Part shown: positions 44,103 to 64,000 of the stretch, piece after piece
How positions within the stretch are numbered: position 1 is the first letter of the stretch
Layout of the letters: each line of letters starts with the position of its first letter
Source: the human T2T-CHM13v2.0 reference genome, Homo sapiens
Direction: 5' to 3' (one strand)
Assembly: GCF_009914755.1 (NCBI RefSeq)
Contig: NC_060925.1
Length of the DNA stretch: 64,000 nt
Translations under genes and position numbers: made by a program
Notes under the pieces: generated by a model
Told to the model about the DNA's origin: nothing
What the model saw: the letters and a program-made list of their open reading frames with translations, nothing else
Databases searched by the model: none

Positions 44103-44275
44103 CTAGAGCAGCACTGTCCAATATGGTGGCTACTTAAAATTGATTAAAATGAAAATTTCAGTTCCTCGGTTACACTAGTGTCCACAGCTATGTGTGGCTA
44201 GTGACTATCATATTGGGCACAGCAAATTACAGAACACTTCCATCACCAAAGAAAGTCCTATCAGACAGAGCTCTC
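44103..44275. mobile_element. MER3/MER33-like hAT MITE
   Basis: cagcactgtccaat...gtggctagtg...ggacagagct termini. Confidence 0.6.
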
Positions 44276-44656
44276 CCTGGCTGTGCCTAAACTGTGCCAG
44301 ACGAGCGATGGACGTTCATGGCGGACGGGACGCTTCTGTCATTCTGCCTGTGGGTCCCTCGCCTCTCCTCCCTTCCTGGGGGTGGTTGGGCGGGAGGCAG
44401 GGGTGCAGGATCTGGCCGAGCTTGTTCTCCTGCTCTGCCTCGTGGTGTTGGTGGGGTTGAGTCCTCTGACACCAAGCACTCATGGCTCACCTCCTGTAGT
44501 TGACCCTTGAAGGAGGCCTTCATATCCTGCCCCTCCCCAACCCCGCCAAAAATAGTGCTCTAAAGTAGGGCTTGGATCTCAGTGTGGAGAGAAGCAGCTT
44601 TCACTCTGAACAAGAACACCTCATCCATCGTGACAAGGGAGAAAAGGCCACCTCAC

Positions 44657-44773
44657 CCATTTGTTGTTAGGTGTTCTTCTCTTCCGTACAGACAAAACTC
44701 CAGGTCGTGGCCCTTCAGTTCTGGCTGTTCCACACACTTGGAGTCATTTTCTGGACGGTAGTAGCCAAAATCA
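44657..44773 (-). CDS. SORT1: SORT1 exon 16 (C)[16 protein letters not shown]...LTTN(G)
   Basis: CDFGY 10CC motif; splice sites. Confidence 0.96.
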
Positions 44774-44958
44774 CTGCAAGAGTCAGCAAATAAAGTACCT
44801 TTCAAAGCAGCTGGAAGACCGTTAAGTGACTAGCAATGAAGGGTTATGTGGGGTAGTGGATGGTTAACATTCCAGTCTTGGGTTGTTAGAAAGTAGCTCA
44901 GGAAGTCCTGTGACACCTCTGAAGGAGGTCGATTTAGGAAAACAGACACGGAGAGGGC

Positions 44959-45253
44959 CTTTTTTTTTTTTTTTTGAGATGGAGTCCCACTCTCTCGCCT
45001 AGGCTGGAGTGCAGTGGCGTGTTCTTGGCTCACTGCAACCTCCGCCTCCGGCTTCAAGCGACTCTCCTGCCTCAGCCTTCTGAGTAGCTGGGATTACAGG
45101 TGCATGCCACCATGCCTGGCTAATTTTTTATTTTTAGTAGAGAGAGCGTTTCACCATGTTGGTCAGGCTGGTCTCAAACTCCTGACCTTGTGATACGCCC
45201 ACCTCGGCCTCCAAAAGTGCTGGGATTACAGGTGTGAGCCACCGTGCCCCGCC
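44959..45253 (-). mobile_element. Alu (AluS)
   Basis: TSD GAGAGGGCCTT. Confidence 0.9.
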
Positions 45254-45472
45254 AGAGAGGGCCTTATTAAGGAAAAGAAGCTTATGGGTCAGGCCTGGTG
45301 GGGGTAGGACTAGCTAGGGCCCCAAGGCTGTGCACTGCAGGCAGCTCAGGCGCAGGGAGGTGACTGATGCAGCCTGCAGAGGGGTGGAGACTCACACAGA
45401 AACCTCAGCATCAGCAGCAGCTCTCAACTCAGGGATACTTGGCAATTCTTTTCTTTTCTTCCCCCTCCCCGC

Positions 45473-45972
<500 letters not shown>

Positions 45973-46387
45973 TAGCTTCTTAGATAGTCTTTGCCTTCCA
46001 TGTGAACACCTTTTTCTGTCCTCCATTCTACCCCATCTCTCCATAGTGCCACCCACTGCTCTCCTTTTCCTGTTTACCCCAAAGAAACAATGTCTGCTGA
46101 CAATCTCCAGGGCTGACTCCATGAGCATCCTTGGTTCCCCTCCTCCGACCTGCCCTGGGGCCTTGCTTCCCTGAGTATGAGGGGAACAATCAATCTCTCC
46201 CACTCAGCTGGCAGCGTCTCCTTAGCCTGCATGTCTTGACCTTAGAAATTACTTCCTTAACCCACCTCTCCCTTACTACCCACATTTCTCAAAAGAATAT
46301 TTTTTTACTTGTCCTATTTTACTCATTTATTTTTTCTTCCACGCATTTTGGCTTTGACCCCTTCTGCAACTTTGAAAATAAGTGTCT

Positions 46388-46724
<337 letters not shown>

Positions 46725-48889
46725 TCAATAATCATCAAATTCAGTGGAGCCCTCTCGGGTCTCATTCCCCCAGACCACCCATTCTGCAGCATCTGACATA
46801 CTGTTGTGCCCCTGCCAACCTTGGCATTGGTAAAGCTGCACTCATCTGTTTCTCTGCCCTCTGCTGCCCCCGCCACTGCTTGCTCTTCTTTCTTCCTAAC
46901 CCATAAATGTAGTCTTTTGCCGGGGGCAGGGGGCAGGTATAATGCATTCTCTTACTTTTTCTCTATCTGCTCTCCCTTAGTGATCACAACTATTTTTGGT
47001 TGCAACTAAAACTTCCAGGTTTTACCTCTCTTGAGTTCTAATCCTATATTTCAAATACATGCTGGATATCCCACCTAAATATGCTGACAAAACCTCAAAG
47101 AAATAAGATGTTCAAAATACATCATGTTTTCTCCTTTGTGCCAGGCTCTCCTTATCATTTCCGTATTCGTCCATGACATTACCTTCCTTCCCACTATCTC
47201 AGTGGAAAATTTAGCCTGAGGATCCTCCTTCTGGGCCCTACTTACTTCTTTATCATGACTACTGTGACTTCCCCAATGGCCTATCTTCCAGGACACCCTT
47301 CCTTGATCATGCTGTTGGTGTCTCTGCTTGCAGCAGTCCACTGGCATTGATGAGCTGCTTCTTCCCAGATGCTCATGGTCAAATCCTACCATTTGTCAAC
47401 GCTCAGCTCTCATACCACCTCCTCAACAAGGCCTTCTTTGACCCACTTCCTTTCAGCTCTACATGAAATATTCTCTTCCTTTTCTAAATCCCCATGGCAC
47501 CTGGCACCTTCTGTTTTGCAACAAATTTTCCATTATCACTTTTCATTACCTGCGCATAGCTGGTATTCAATGAGTATTTGGGGAATATATGGATGCTGCT
47601 TGTATTTCAAGGTTTTCCTGGTAAGTATTTAGGAGAGAGGGTATGGAGAACAAAAGATGCTGAAGATATCACCCCTCAAATAACAGGAGGAAATTCGGAT
47701 AAGAGTTTTAGGTATTCAATCAGAAATTTCTGGATTTTTGTGAGTACCCTTCTCACTCATAAAGGACCCACTTCCCAAACATGTGGGCTCTGGAGTTGGG
47801 ATGCCAGTTTCACATCCCAGCTCTGCCACTTCCCACGGGCATATCAGTCATGTCCTCTCTGTTGCGAGGTTAAATGTAAATTGCTTAGGATAGTGCCTAG
47901 TATAAAGTTAGTGCTCAATAAATGTTAGCTGCTATCATGATTACTATATTATTATCGAATAGAATATGCTTCCAAGGAATTTGGGGCTTAATGATGGAAG
48001 CAAACCTATAAATAGTAATTAAAATTTAGTAAGTGCTGTAATAGGGGAACTCTGGGGGTCTAGATGAGGGAAAGCCCATCTAGTGGTGATACCTGAGCTA
48101 AGTATGAAAGGCTAAGTGGGAAGTCGCCAGACTTGGGGGTGAAGCAGGGACTGTGGAAAGACTTTTCAGGCAGAGGGAGCATCATGTGCGGTGGCATGGA
48201 GGTCTGAAAAACCATGGCACTGCTGGAGAAGAGCAGAAGCACAGGTGAAGAGCTTGGCATATTTGGAGTCGAGGATAGGAGAGAACCCTTTACAGTGTTA
48301 CAGGTTTATCGATGACCTCCAGCCCTACTGGAACACCAAAGGTGATCCTTACTGAAACAGAGAAGGGAGGACCCTTAATCATGCCACACACAGGTGTGAG
48401 CCATGCAGGAGAAACCACACTGGGTCAGACCTGCATTTTGGTCAGACCTACATTCTACTGTCACCTGCGATTTGAGAGAACATGACATAAAGGGCCATGG
48501 CTGCTATCTGCCTGCCTTCTTTGTCCAAATCCTTTAGGATCTACTTTTATCTTGTATCAGTATCTTTTGCAGGTAACAAGTTCCAAAAGATTATCATCTG
48601 TGATGTGAAGCAGTTCCTCTTATTTGCCCAAAAATTACCTCATTTAAGCTATCCAGGGACTCATGCCCTTATATAATCAACTAACCCAATGCCAGCCAAG
48701 TAACTAATCCTTAAGTCTGGATGGTCCTGAACTCTAGGGAGTCCACTTTGATGGCCTCTAAACCTTGATGGGACCATGACTATACTGATGTCACCTCTAG
48801 TCTCAGGACCAACCACCATCTCTCTGCCTTGATTCTTGCAGAGGATCCAAAACCTAGTGTCTGCCTGCTGAGCTCATGCTGTCAAGGGG

Positions 48890-49041
48890 TTTTCTTTTTC
48901 TTTCTTTCTGTTTTTTTTTTTGTTTGAGACAGGGTCTCATCATATTGCCCAAGCTGGTCTCAAACTCCTGAGTTTAAGCAATCCACCCGCCTCGGCCTCC
49001 CAAAGTGCTGGGATTACAGGCATGAGCCACCGTGCCTGGCC
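48890..49041 (-). mobile_element. Alu monomer (FLAM-like)
   Basis: Reverse left arm. Confidence 0.8.
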
Positions 49042-49341
49042 TCAGGCTGTTTTCTAAAGTCCAATTTCCTCTTTGCTCCTCTACCACTTCTTTTGGTGTT
49101 TCTGTCTTTTCATTTTCTACAGATTTTTGTTTGTTTTATTCTCTTCTTTCTTATATCACTCCTCTCCTTCACACCACTGTCAACTCAGGATTTCTCGGGT
49201 TTGTTGCTGGTTCTGCCCAATAATTAACTGTCTAATACGTGCTATCTGTTTCATTATTAACAATTCTGGTTTCCTTTCTCTGTGCCTCAGCTTCCTTGAT
49301 AAGAAGCAGCAGTTCTCCACTCTTGGGGGAAAGGGTTTCAG

Positions 49342-49641
49342 TTTTTTTTGGGACAAGAGTCTTGCTCTGTCCCCCAGGCTGGAGTGCAATGGCATGATCT
49401 CAGCTCACTGCAACCTCTGCCTCCCAGGTTCAAGTGATTCTTGTGTCTCAGCCACCTGAGCAGCTGGGATTATAGGCGTGCGCCACCATGCCCTGCTAAT
49501 TTTTTTTTGTTTGTTTGTTTTTTGTAGAGATAGGGTTTCACCATGTTGACCAGGCTGGTCTCGAACTCCCGGCCTCAAGTGATCTGCCTGCCTTGGCATC
49601 CCAAAGTGCTGGGATTACAGGTGTGAGCCACCGCACCCGGC
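49342..49641 (-). mobile_element. Alu (AluS)
   Basis: Reverse dimer. Confidence 0.9.
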
Positions 49642-49734
49642 TGGATTTCAATATTTGTTAGCCCTATAAGAAAACTGTCTTTCACCTCCTCCAACAGGGA
49701 AAGGGAGACAGAGAAATCTGAGGAATGCTGATAC

Positions 49735-49924
49735 CAGAGAAAGTCCTCCAGGGAACAGAGGCAGATGGAGGGCTGCTTGGTCACAACATAGTCTCGACCA
49801 TTCTGACACACGGATGACTTGCGTAGCCGCAGAAACTGTTCTTTGTAGCCCAAAATGCAGCCATCTTCATAATCTTCAGGGTCTGTGGAGTGTGCCAGCC
49901 ATATGGTATAGTCCTTCTCTTCAC
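49735..49924 (-). CDS. SORT1: SORT1 exon 15 (C)[12 protein letters not shown]...CLCSLEDFL(C)
   Basis: ORF 49575..49976; splice sites. Confidence 0.96.
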
Positions 49925-50935
49925 CTAAAGGAGAGACACACTGTTCAGGAAAGTACACAGCACAGAACCCACCCACGGGAGGCAGCTGCCAGGCTATAGG
50001 AAGAACAAGGAGAGGGAAAGTGGGAATGTCTGACTCAACCTATTCCTTCATTTTGGAATTGCAAACAAAAAGTTACACTAGTCTAGAGCCTACTAGCAAT
50101 CGCATTTCCTCATGCCAAAAGAGTATTCCTTCCATCTCAACATCCATCTGAGGATTAGGAAAAACCCTATTTGTTTTGAAGTGGGAAGCTGGATAGAAAA
50201 TCTCTCAAGTTCCTTCCAAACTAAGAGGCTGCTGTGTGTGTCTTGCACACCTACGCCCTCAGTCAGTAGGAGCTGTCAGAGGTAAGCAACCAGATATTCT
50301 CCACTCAGGACCAGGGAGCTCTTTGTTTAGGACAAGATACTAATTAGCCAAGAGCACAGGTTCAATTTCACCATGTGTTCATTGGCTTAAGGAAGAAGGG
50401 AAAACATCCTCTTCCTAGACTTCTAGCTCAGTTGACCGGCTCTCAAATGCATATTGCTGATAAACCTAGTTTCTGGCTTAGTATGTCGTATCATCTACTG
50501 GAAAAATGACTCAAAGGCTGTGACCTAAAGACAGTGGATTAGGTTTTATCCTTTGGGATATGAAGACCAGCATACAGCCTGCTAAAGAGCAGGTGCTTAA
50601 CAAATCTTTTAATGACATTACACTTTAGGGGTAACTGGGAGCTGCCTGCTGAGGGGAGAACTCCCAAGCCAGCTTCTGTACAGTCTACTGAATGGATTTA
50701 GATGACAGCGACCCTCAGGCATTAAATCTATTTGAACGTCTTATGGAAAAGTGAGGTCCAAACCAAGGGTCTGCTCCTTCAGGAGTCACTAAATCAACAC
50801 GCTGAGGAAATGAGCCCACGACAGTCTCAAAGGACCAAATTCAACTAGAGTGTCTAGAAACGTTAAGTCTTTTATTGTATTATGCCAACACTTAACTACA
50901 GGTCATCCTTTTTCCAGTGTTTTTCTTTATCCCCC

Positions 50936-51237
<302 letters not shown>

Positions 51238-51700
51238 ATTCCCCTTATTTCTTAGCATAATGCCAGCATCTTTGTTTGGCAGTGAGGTTAGGGTTTGCTT
51301 GTGACACTTTGGAAACACTGTGCAATGAACATTGTGAATCCTTTTCTGAACCTATTTTCTGGGCCGTTAATATTGCTTAATGTTGAAATGATAATATTTT
51401 GGATATATTAAGTTTATTTTATTAATATCACCTTTCTTTTTACTTTTATAATATAGCTGACAGAATAATTTAAATGACATATGTGGCCCTCATATTTCTC
51501 CTGGACAGTGCTAGCACCGAGGAGGAGGTTGTTTTTCTGATGCCATTCCATTACTTAATCACCCACACAGAACATCTGTCAATCCTCTTTCATATGCATA
51601 TGCATCTGCTGATTCCAGCTAAAAGAAATTAAACCATATTGATTATTTAGGAAAATGGACTTGGAAGTTTCTGGTAGAAAAGGTCAAAGGAGACACTCAC

Positions 51701-51891
51701 AGTTCCTTTCAAGGATATCTTTAAAATCAATGGTGTAGGAGACCCACTGGCTGGTCAGGAAAGATTCTGTGAAGCCCCAAATGCTGATATTCATGGACCT
51801 AGCTCCAGGTTCTGAAGCTAGGCCAGTGAAATAGATGGGGTCCCTGGTGAACGTGTAGGTTTGCCAGCATTGACCTTCGTCTGTGGAGAAC
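51701..51891 (-). CDS. SORT1: SORT1 exon 14 (K)FSTDEGQCW...DILERN
   Basis: Asp-box SxDxGxxW; splice sites. Confidence 0.96.
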
Positions 51892-52033
51892 CTGAAACCA
51901 CAATTACAGAAAGATCATGACAGAGGATCAATGTGTACTGGGAATTCAGAAAACCACTCTGGCTTTTTGATCCCAAACCAGACAAAACCCCTTACATTTA
52001 GGTGGTGGCTTATTGGCTGACAATTATTTTAAC

Positions 52034-52368
<335 letters not shown>

Positions 52369-52493
52369 TAACAGGATAAGGAAGAGATTTGTTCAGAGAG
52401 AATATGAAAGTAAATACCTTTACAGAAATTATTTCAAAGGAAAGACAGGAGAGTGACCCAGGTAAGAACTGGCTTTTAAATTAATAAATTTAA

Positions 52494-52822
<329 letters not shown>

Positions 52823-52852
52823 ACAATCAAATTATTTTATAAGAACTTATAC

Positions 52853-53152
52853 TTCTTTTTTTTTTTTTTTTGAGACGGGATCTCACTCTGTCACCCAGGC
52901 TGGAGTGCAGTGGTACGATCTCAGCTCACTGTGGCCTTGACCTCCTCAGGTGATCCTCCCACCTCGGCCTCCCAAGTAGCTGGAACCAAAGGCGTGCACC
53001 ACCACGCCCAGCTAATTTTTCTTTTTTTTTTTTTGTGGAGACAGGGTTTTGTCACATTGCCCAGGCTGGTCTTGAACTCTTGGGCTCAAGCAATCCACCC
53101 ACCTTGGCCTCTCAAAGTGCTGGGATTACAGGTGTGTGCCTCTGCACCCAGC
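52853..53152 (-). mobile_element. Alu (AluJ)
   Basis: TSD AGAACTT(A/G)TACTT. Confidence 0.88.
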
Positions 53153-53227
53153 TCAGAACTTGTACTTAAGAAGTCATTTTCAATCTAGAGTGCTTGAACG
53201 CTTCCATAATAATTTTGTAGACAGAAA

Positions 53228-53229
<2 letters not shown>

Positions 53230-53280
<51 letters not shown>

Positions 53281-53349
53281 TATATATACACACATATATA
53301 CACACATATATACACATATATATACACATATATATACATATATATACAC

Positions 53350-53380
<31 letters not shown>

Positions 53381-53403
53381 CACACACACATATATATATA
53401 TAT
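53230..53403. repeat. Compound (TA)n/(CA)n microsatellite, probably the tail of the adjacent minus-strand Alu monomer (53430-53553)
   Basis: Direct inspection; CAGAAAGAAT flanks both sides. Confidence 0.88.
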
Positions 53404-53432
53404 GGTTTTTTTTTTGATTGAAATAATATTAG

Positions 53433-53576
<144 letters not shown>

Positions 53577-53790
53577 TGACAAATATGTTAGCTAAAGGCA
53601 GTCAGAAGAAAAAACAATGCCATTTAATCTGAGTTGCCAATTAAAAGCAATCCTTTCTAGAATCTTATCTATAGTTCTGTCAAATGCAAAAATTTGAATT
53701 ATAGTCTGTAACATCCCCCCAATAAACTGAAGAACATTCCCCCAGTTGCCCTCTATGCAGACAGTGTGTGTGAGATGAGTTCATGCATAC

Positions 53791-53959
53791 TTAATCACAT
53801 TGATAGGACGGCTGCTGTGCTCAATGGCCACAATGATGCCTCCAGAATCCAGGATGGTGTAATAGTGGGGTCCTTCCAGCATCTTTGTCCAGGAGTAACC
53901 CCCATCATCTGAGATGTACACATCTGGAACCATCACTGAGATGGCATCCCCCACGCTAC
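53791..53959 (-). CDS. SORT1: SORT1 exon 13 (G)[23 protein letters not shown]...INVI(K)
   Basis: Asp-box; splice sites. Confidence 0.96.
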
Positions 53960-54297
53960 CTGCAATATAATCCACCATCTCATTAGCACAAATAGGCAAT
54001 GAAACAGAGAGCATTTACTCCAGAGAGAATAATGTTGAATGAATTTATTCTGATTATTTCCCATCAAGCCTCTTTTAGTAGGAAAGAAAACCACCAAAAA
54101 CTTCGGAGAAGTTGTGTTGCTCTCTCTGATAAAAGTTGATGAAAAACCCAAAGTGTTGTTATAATGTAAGAAATTCTACCAAAGGAATGTAAAAGCATCC
54201 ACATTGTTTCTTCTCAGAGCGTTCAAAGCCTGTTGGCTGAGTTTCAGTGTGCTCAGCCACTGTTCCAGTTGGAGGTGGTGAGTGGGAGGTTCCTTAC

Positions 54298-54400
54298 CAT
54301 GAGCAATGACAATGCCTACGGCATTCGGCTCTGAGAGTGGGGCCATTGGAACATTCAGTTTCTGGGAGATGCTGTAGGAAGCATGAATATGAAGGCTGCA
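54298..54400 (-). CDS. SORT1: SORT1 exon 12 [34 protein letters not shown](G)
   Basis: Vps10 domain; splice sites. Confidence 0.96.
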
Positions 54401-54529
54401 CTGTGAAAAGAAACAAAAGCGTAGATTAGAACCAAAGATAAAGATACAATTTCTTTAATCATTTCACAAAACCCTTCCAATAAAGCTTTAAGTTAACCCA
54501 GACCTAGGTAAAAGTACTATCTTAACTAT

Positions 54530-55395
54530 TTATTTACTATTTAGGTGTATAGTTCAGTAGTGTTAAGTATATTCACATTGTTGTACAACCACATCTCTAA
54601 ACTTTTTCATCTTATAAAATACAATCACCAATTAAGCAACTGTTACCTACTTCTTCCTCCTCCCAGCTCCTGGAAACTACCATTTTACTTTGTGTTTTCT
54701 ATGATTTTTACCATATTACTTTGTGTTGGCTACTCTAGGTAGCTCATATAAGTAGAATCACATAATATTTGTCATTTTGTGTCTGACTTATTTCACTTGG
54801 CATAATGTCCTCAAGGCTCATCCATGTTGTATTAATAGCATATGTCAGAATTTCCTCCCTTTTAAAGGCTAAATATTATTTAAGTGTGTGTGTGTATCTG
54901 TATCCACACACACCCCACACTTTATTTACTCATTTATCTGTCAATAGACACAAGTTGCTTCTACCTTTTGGCTATCATGAATAATGTTGCTATGTACATG
55001 GTTGTACAAATATCTTTTTGAGAACCTGCTTTCAAGTCTTTTGGATGTATAATCCAGAAGTGGAATTGCTGGATATGATAATCCTATTTTTAATTTTTTT
55101 TAGGAACTACTATGCTGTTTTCTGTAGCAGCTGCACCATTTTACATTTTCACCAAAAGTGCACCAGGGCTCCAATTTCTCCATATCCTTGCCAACACTTT
55201 TTAAAATAGTAGCCACCCTAATCTGTGTGAGGAGATACCTCATTGTGGTTTTGACTTGCATTTTCCTAATGATTAGTGATGCTGAGCCTCTTTTTATATG
55301 CTTGTTAGTCACTTCTATATTGTGTTTGGAGAAATGTCTATACAAGTTCTTTGCCTATTTTTTATTCAGGCTATTTGTTTGTTGTTGAGTTGTAG
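54530..55395 (-). mobile_element. L1M(B) 3' fragment
   Basis: Reverse L1 ORF2 C-terminus and 3'UTR (ORF 55100..55345 KMQVKTTMRY). Confidence 0.85.
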
Positions 55396-55629
55396 CTCAG
55401 TGGCATACTCTTGATTCTGAAATGTACTACAATATCTGGAAGCAAATATTTCCTCATGGGTAACCTGTCTCCGTTTATTTTATTTTTGCATTACATCAAA
55501 GCCTCTGAACAATGTTTAAAGGCTGACTCTACACAAATAAACTTGATAAGCACCTGATATACTTCAGACACCGTACAAGATGTGATGGTGGTTCGAAATA
55601 AGATCCAGTCTTGTCTTTAAGAAACTTAA

Positions 55630-61630
<6,001 letters not shown>

Positions 61631-63036
61631 GAAATGTATTGTCAGAAACTAGTTGAGGTATACAGCCGAATGAAAGTTAACGCTCTAAAAAGGGTTCAAA
61701 ATGGCTAAAATGATAATAAATATTATATTATGTATATTTTACTACTATTTTTTTAAAAAGAAGAGGTTCAAGCAAACTATTAATGAAATGAAGAGGAATG
61801 ATTAGCTCTAACTGGATGGTCACTGAGGGTGGTTAGAATTTCCACCAATCCTAGTCAACTGGGGTTGGGGGAGACAGGCCCAACTTCCTCCAGGAATAGT
61901 GTGGGTGTTCAGGGAATGGCAGGGGGTTGGTTACAAGGGGTGTGTCAGGGATAAGGTGAGCAATGACAATGAAAAGGTGGCAGAGGGCCCACCAGGAGAG
62001 AACCTTTACTCACCAGGTCAGGGACAGAGGCCATTCATCACAGGCCAAGAGAGCCACAACGAGCGCTGGGCAGGGAGAGGCATGGGGAGCCTGCAGGCAG
62101 CAAGGCAAACACAGAGGCCACTGAACCTGCCCAGGCTTAAGGTGAGGAGGGCAGTGGCTGGGCAGGGCCAAGGCAGACAGATGGGAAACAGGGGTCAGAA
62201 AGTCGGGTAGATGCAACAGTGCTTGCGAGTGTAAAGGAGGAGAGTGTGTTGGGGTGGTGTAGGAAGGCACACTTTCTCTCATCATTTGAGGCTCTTAAAA
62301 CAAAACAGAAAACCCCACCTAGAAAAGCAAAGTGTATGTCAGTGATACAGATACTAAGGAGGGTTCGGGAACTACCGGTACTTCAGTTTCTGAAGGAACT
62401 CCAGCTGTCCCCCAGCTCACATTCTGTGAGAGCCAGATAAAAAGCTTGTTTTTTTTTTCCCTTTTTTCCTTGCCTGCCAAGGCCTGTCACTCCAGGCTTT
62501 AGATCTCCTGGAGTGACACCTGCGTAGTTCCGGTTCCCAAACTCTCTGCAAGAGGGGCTGCCTTGCGTCCCTGTGCACTAAGCAGGTCACCACCCACTGG
62601 CCATGGGAGCCTAGGCAGAGGGAAAGGAAGGCCAGATCCTCTTCCTCTTGTTTCCGATGAGCAAGGCTGTGCACTGCTTATGAATGGTGGAGCTGCGGCT
62701 TCTTGCAGAACCTCTAAAGTCTCCCAGCTGCCAAGCTGACCCCTAACTAATCACCAGCCCCTCTGGCCATTGTTTTAATTCAGCAGTTTAGTGAACCACA
62801 AATTGTTAGCCCTCAGTTTTGTTCTTCTTTAAAAGACAAATAATCCATAGTATTTTGACCTTTCCTCAGTTCTTACTTCCGAAATTCTAAGTTAATTTCA
62901 TTACTCTCATCTCCAAACTTTCCACCTTATGCTGAGGACCCTAATCAAGTATGAAACTTCATCATCCAAAAGGCTGGCACTGATCAGAGCACAATGGAAA
63001 GGCTGCTGTGCTCTGCACACATTAGAGTAAACAAAC

Positions 63037-63143
63037 CTCATTCTTGTTTTTTGCTGTAGCATCACATTCACTGTTTTCAGGCTTCCTCAGGTGCGTCCAC
63101 CTTCCTCCTTGGTCAAAAGTGATCATGGTCTGGATAGAATTAT
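63037..63143 (-). CDS. SORT1: SORT1 exon 11 (D)[35 protein letters not shown]
   Basis: Asp-box TFDQGGRW; splice sites; upstream exons lie outside the window. Confidence 0.95.
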
Positions 63144-63283
63144 CTGAATGGGAAGAGAACAACATTAAGTCTGATACACTGGAAGTACCTAGGTTAGATT
63201 CACTTTATCACTGCATGACTCTCTCCTGAGACCGTATAGCACCTGGAGTCCGACAAGCTTGTAACACCTCACAAAACGGCTCA

Positions 63284-63679
<396 letters not shown>

Positions 63680-64000
63680 TTAGGACTGATACTCTTTGAA
63701 AAAAATACCTTTTAACTCCTTATCAACATGAACAGGCTGATGTCCATTCTCCTTCCCTGTTTGCTTGCCTGGGAAGTAAAATCTACCACAGGAAGGCATC
63801 CTAATCTTTATTCGGACAAGGCCATGACACTAGCCTTGTTTTAGGGACTCTTGAGATTCAGTAAGTGTGCAGAGTTCTGGATTAATAACTCTGAATTATT
63901 GTCTCTCCACTACTCCATATCCTATCTTTCTTGTACCTTTCTTTTTTCCCTCGTCTCTTCCCCATTCTTATTTTCAATGATATAAACTGTTGCAGGTTTT

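Overview
Human chr1p13.3, the CELSR2-PSRC1-MYBPHL-SORT1 LDL-C/coronary disease locus, recognised from translated exons. Contents: (1) the last 3 exons and 3'UTR of CELSR2 (+); (2) complete PSRC1/DDA3 (-, 363 aa) converging on CELSR2; (3) a nested MER41/MER4/Alu/L1 cluster upstream of the PSRC1 CpG island; (4) complete MYBPHL (-, 354 aa); (5) SORT1 exons 11-20 plus poison exon 17b and a ~4.5 kb 3'UTR (-), with an old ~6 kb L1M in intron 11. Exon boundaries were read by hand from GT/AG and reading phase. The least explained feature is a 185-bp element present twice (184/185 identical, 1759 bp apart) in MYBPHL intron 1 and built largely from consecutive hairpins. Other notable items: an L1 3' transduction inside a MER4 LTR, a foreign L2+Alu block inside a younger L1, GAS-bearing MER41 LTRs next to PSRC1, and the non-C/EBP (G) allele at the known SORT1 enhancer variant. 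Repeat subfamily names and rsIDs are from recall and need database confirmation. No new protein-coding system is supported.
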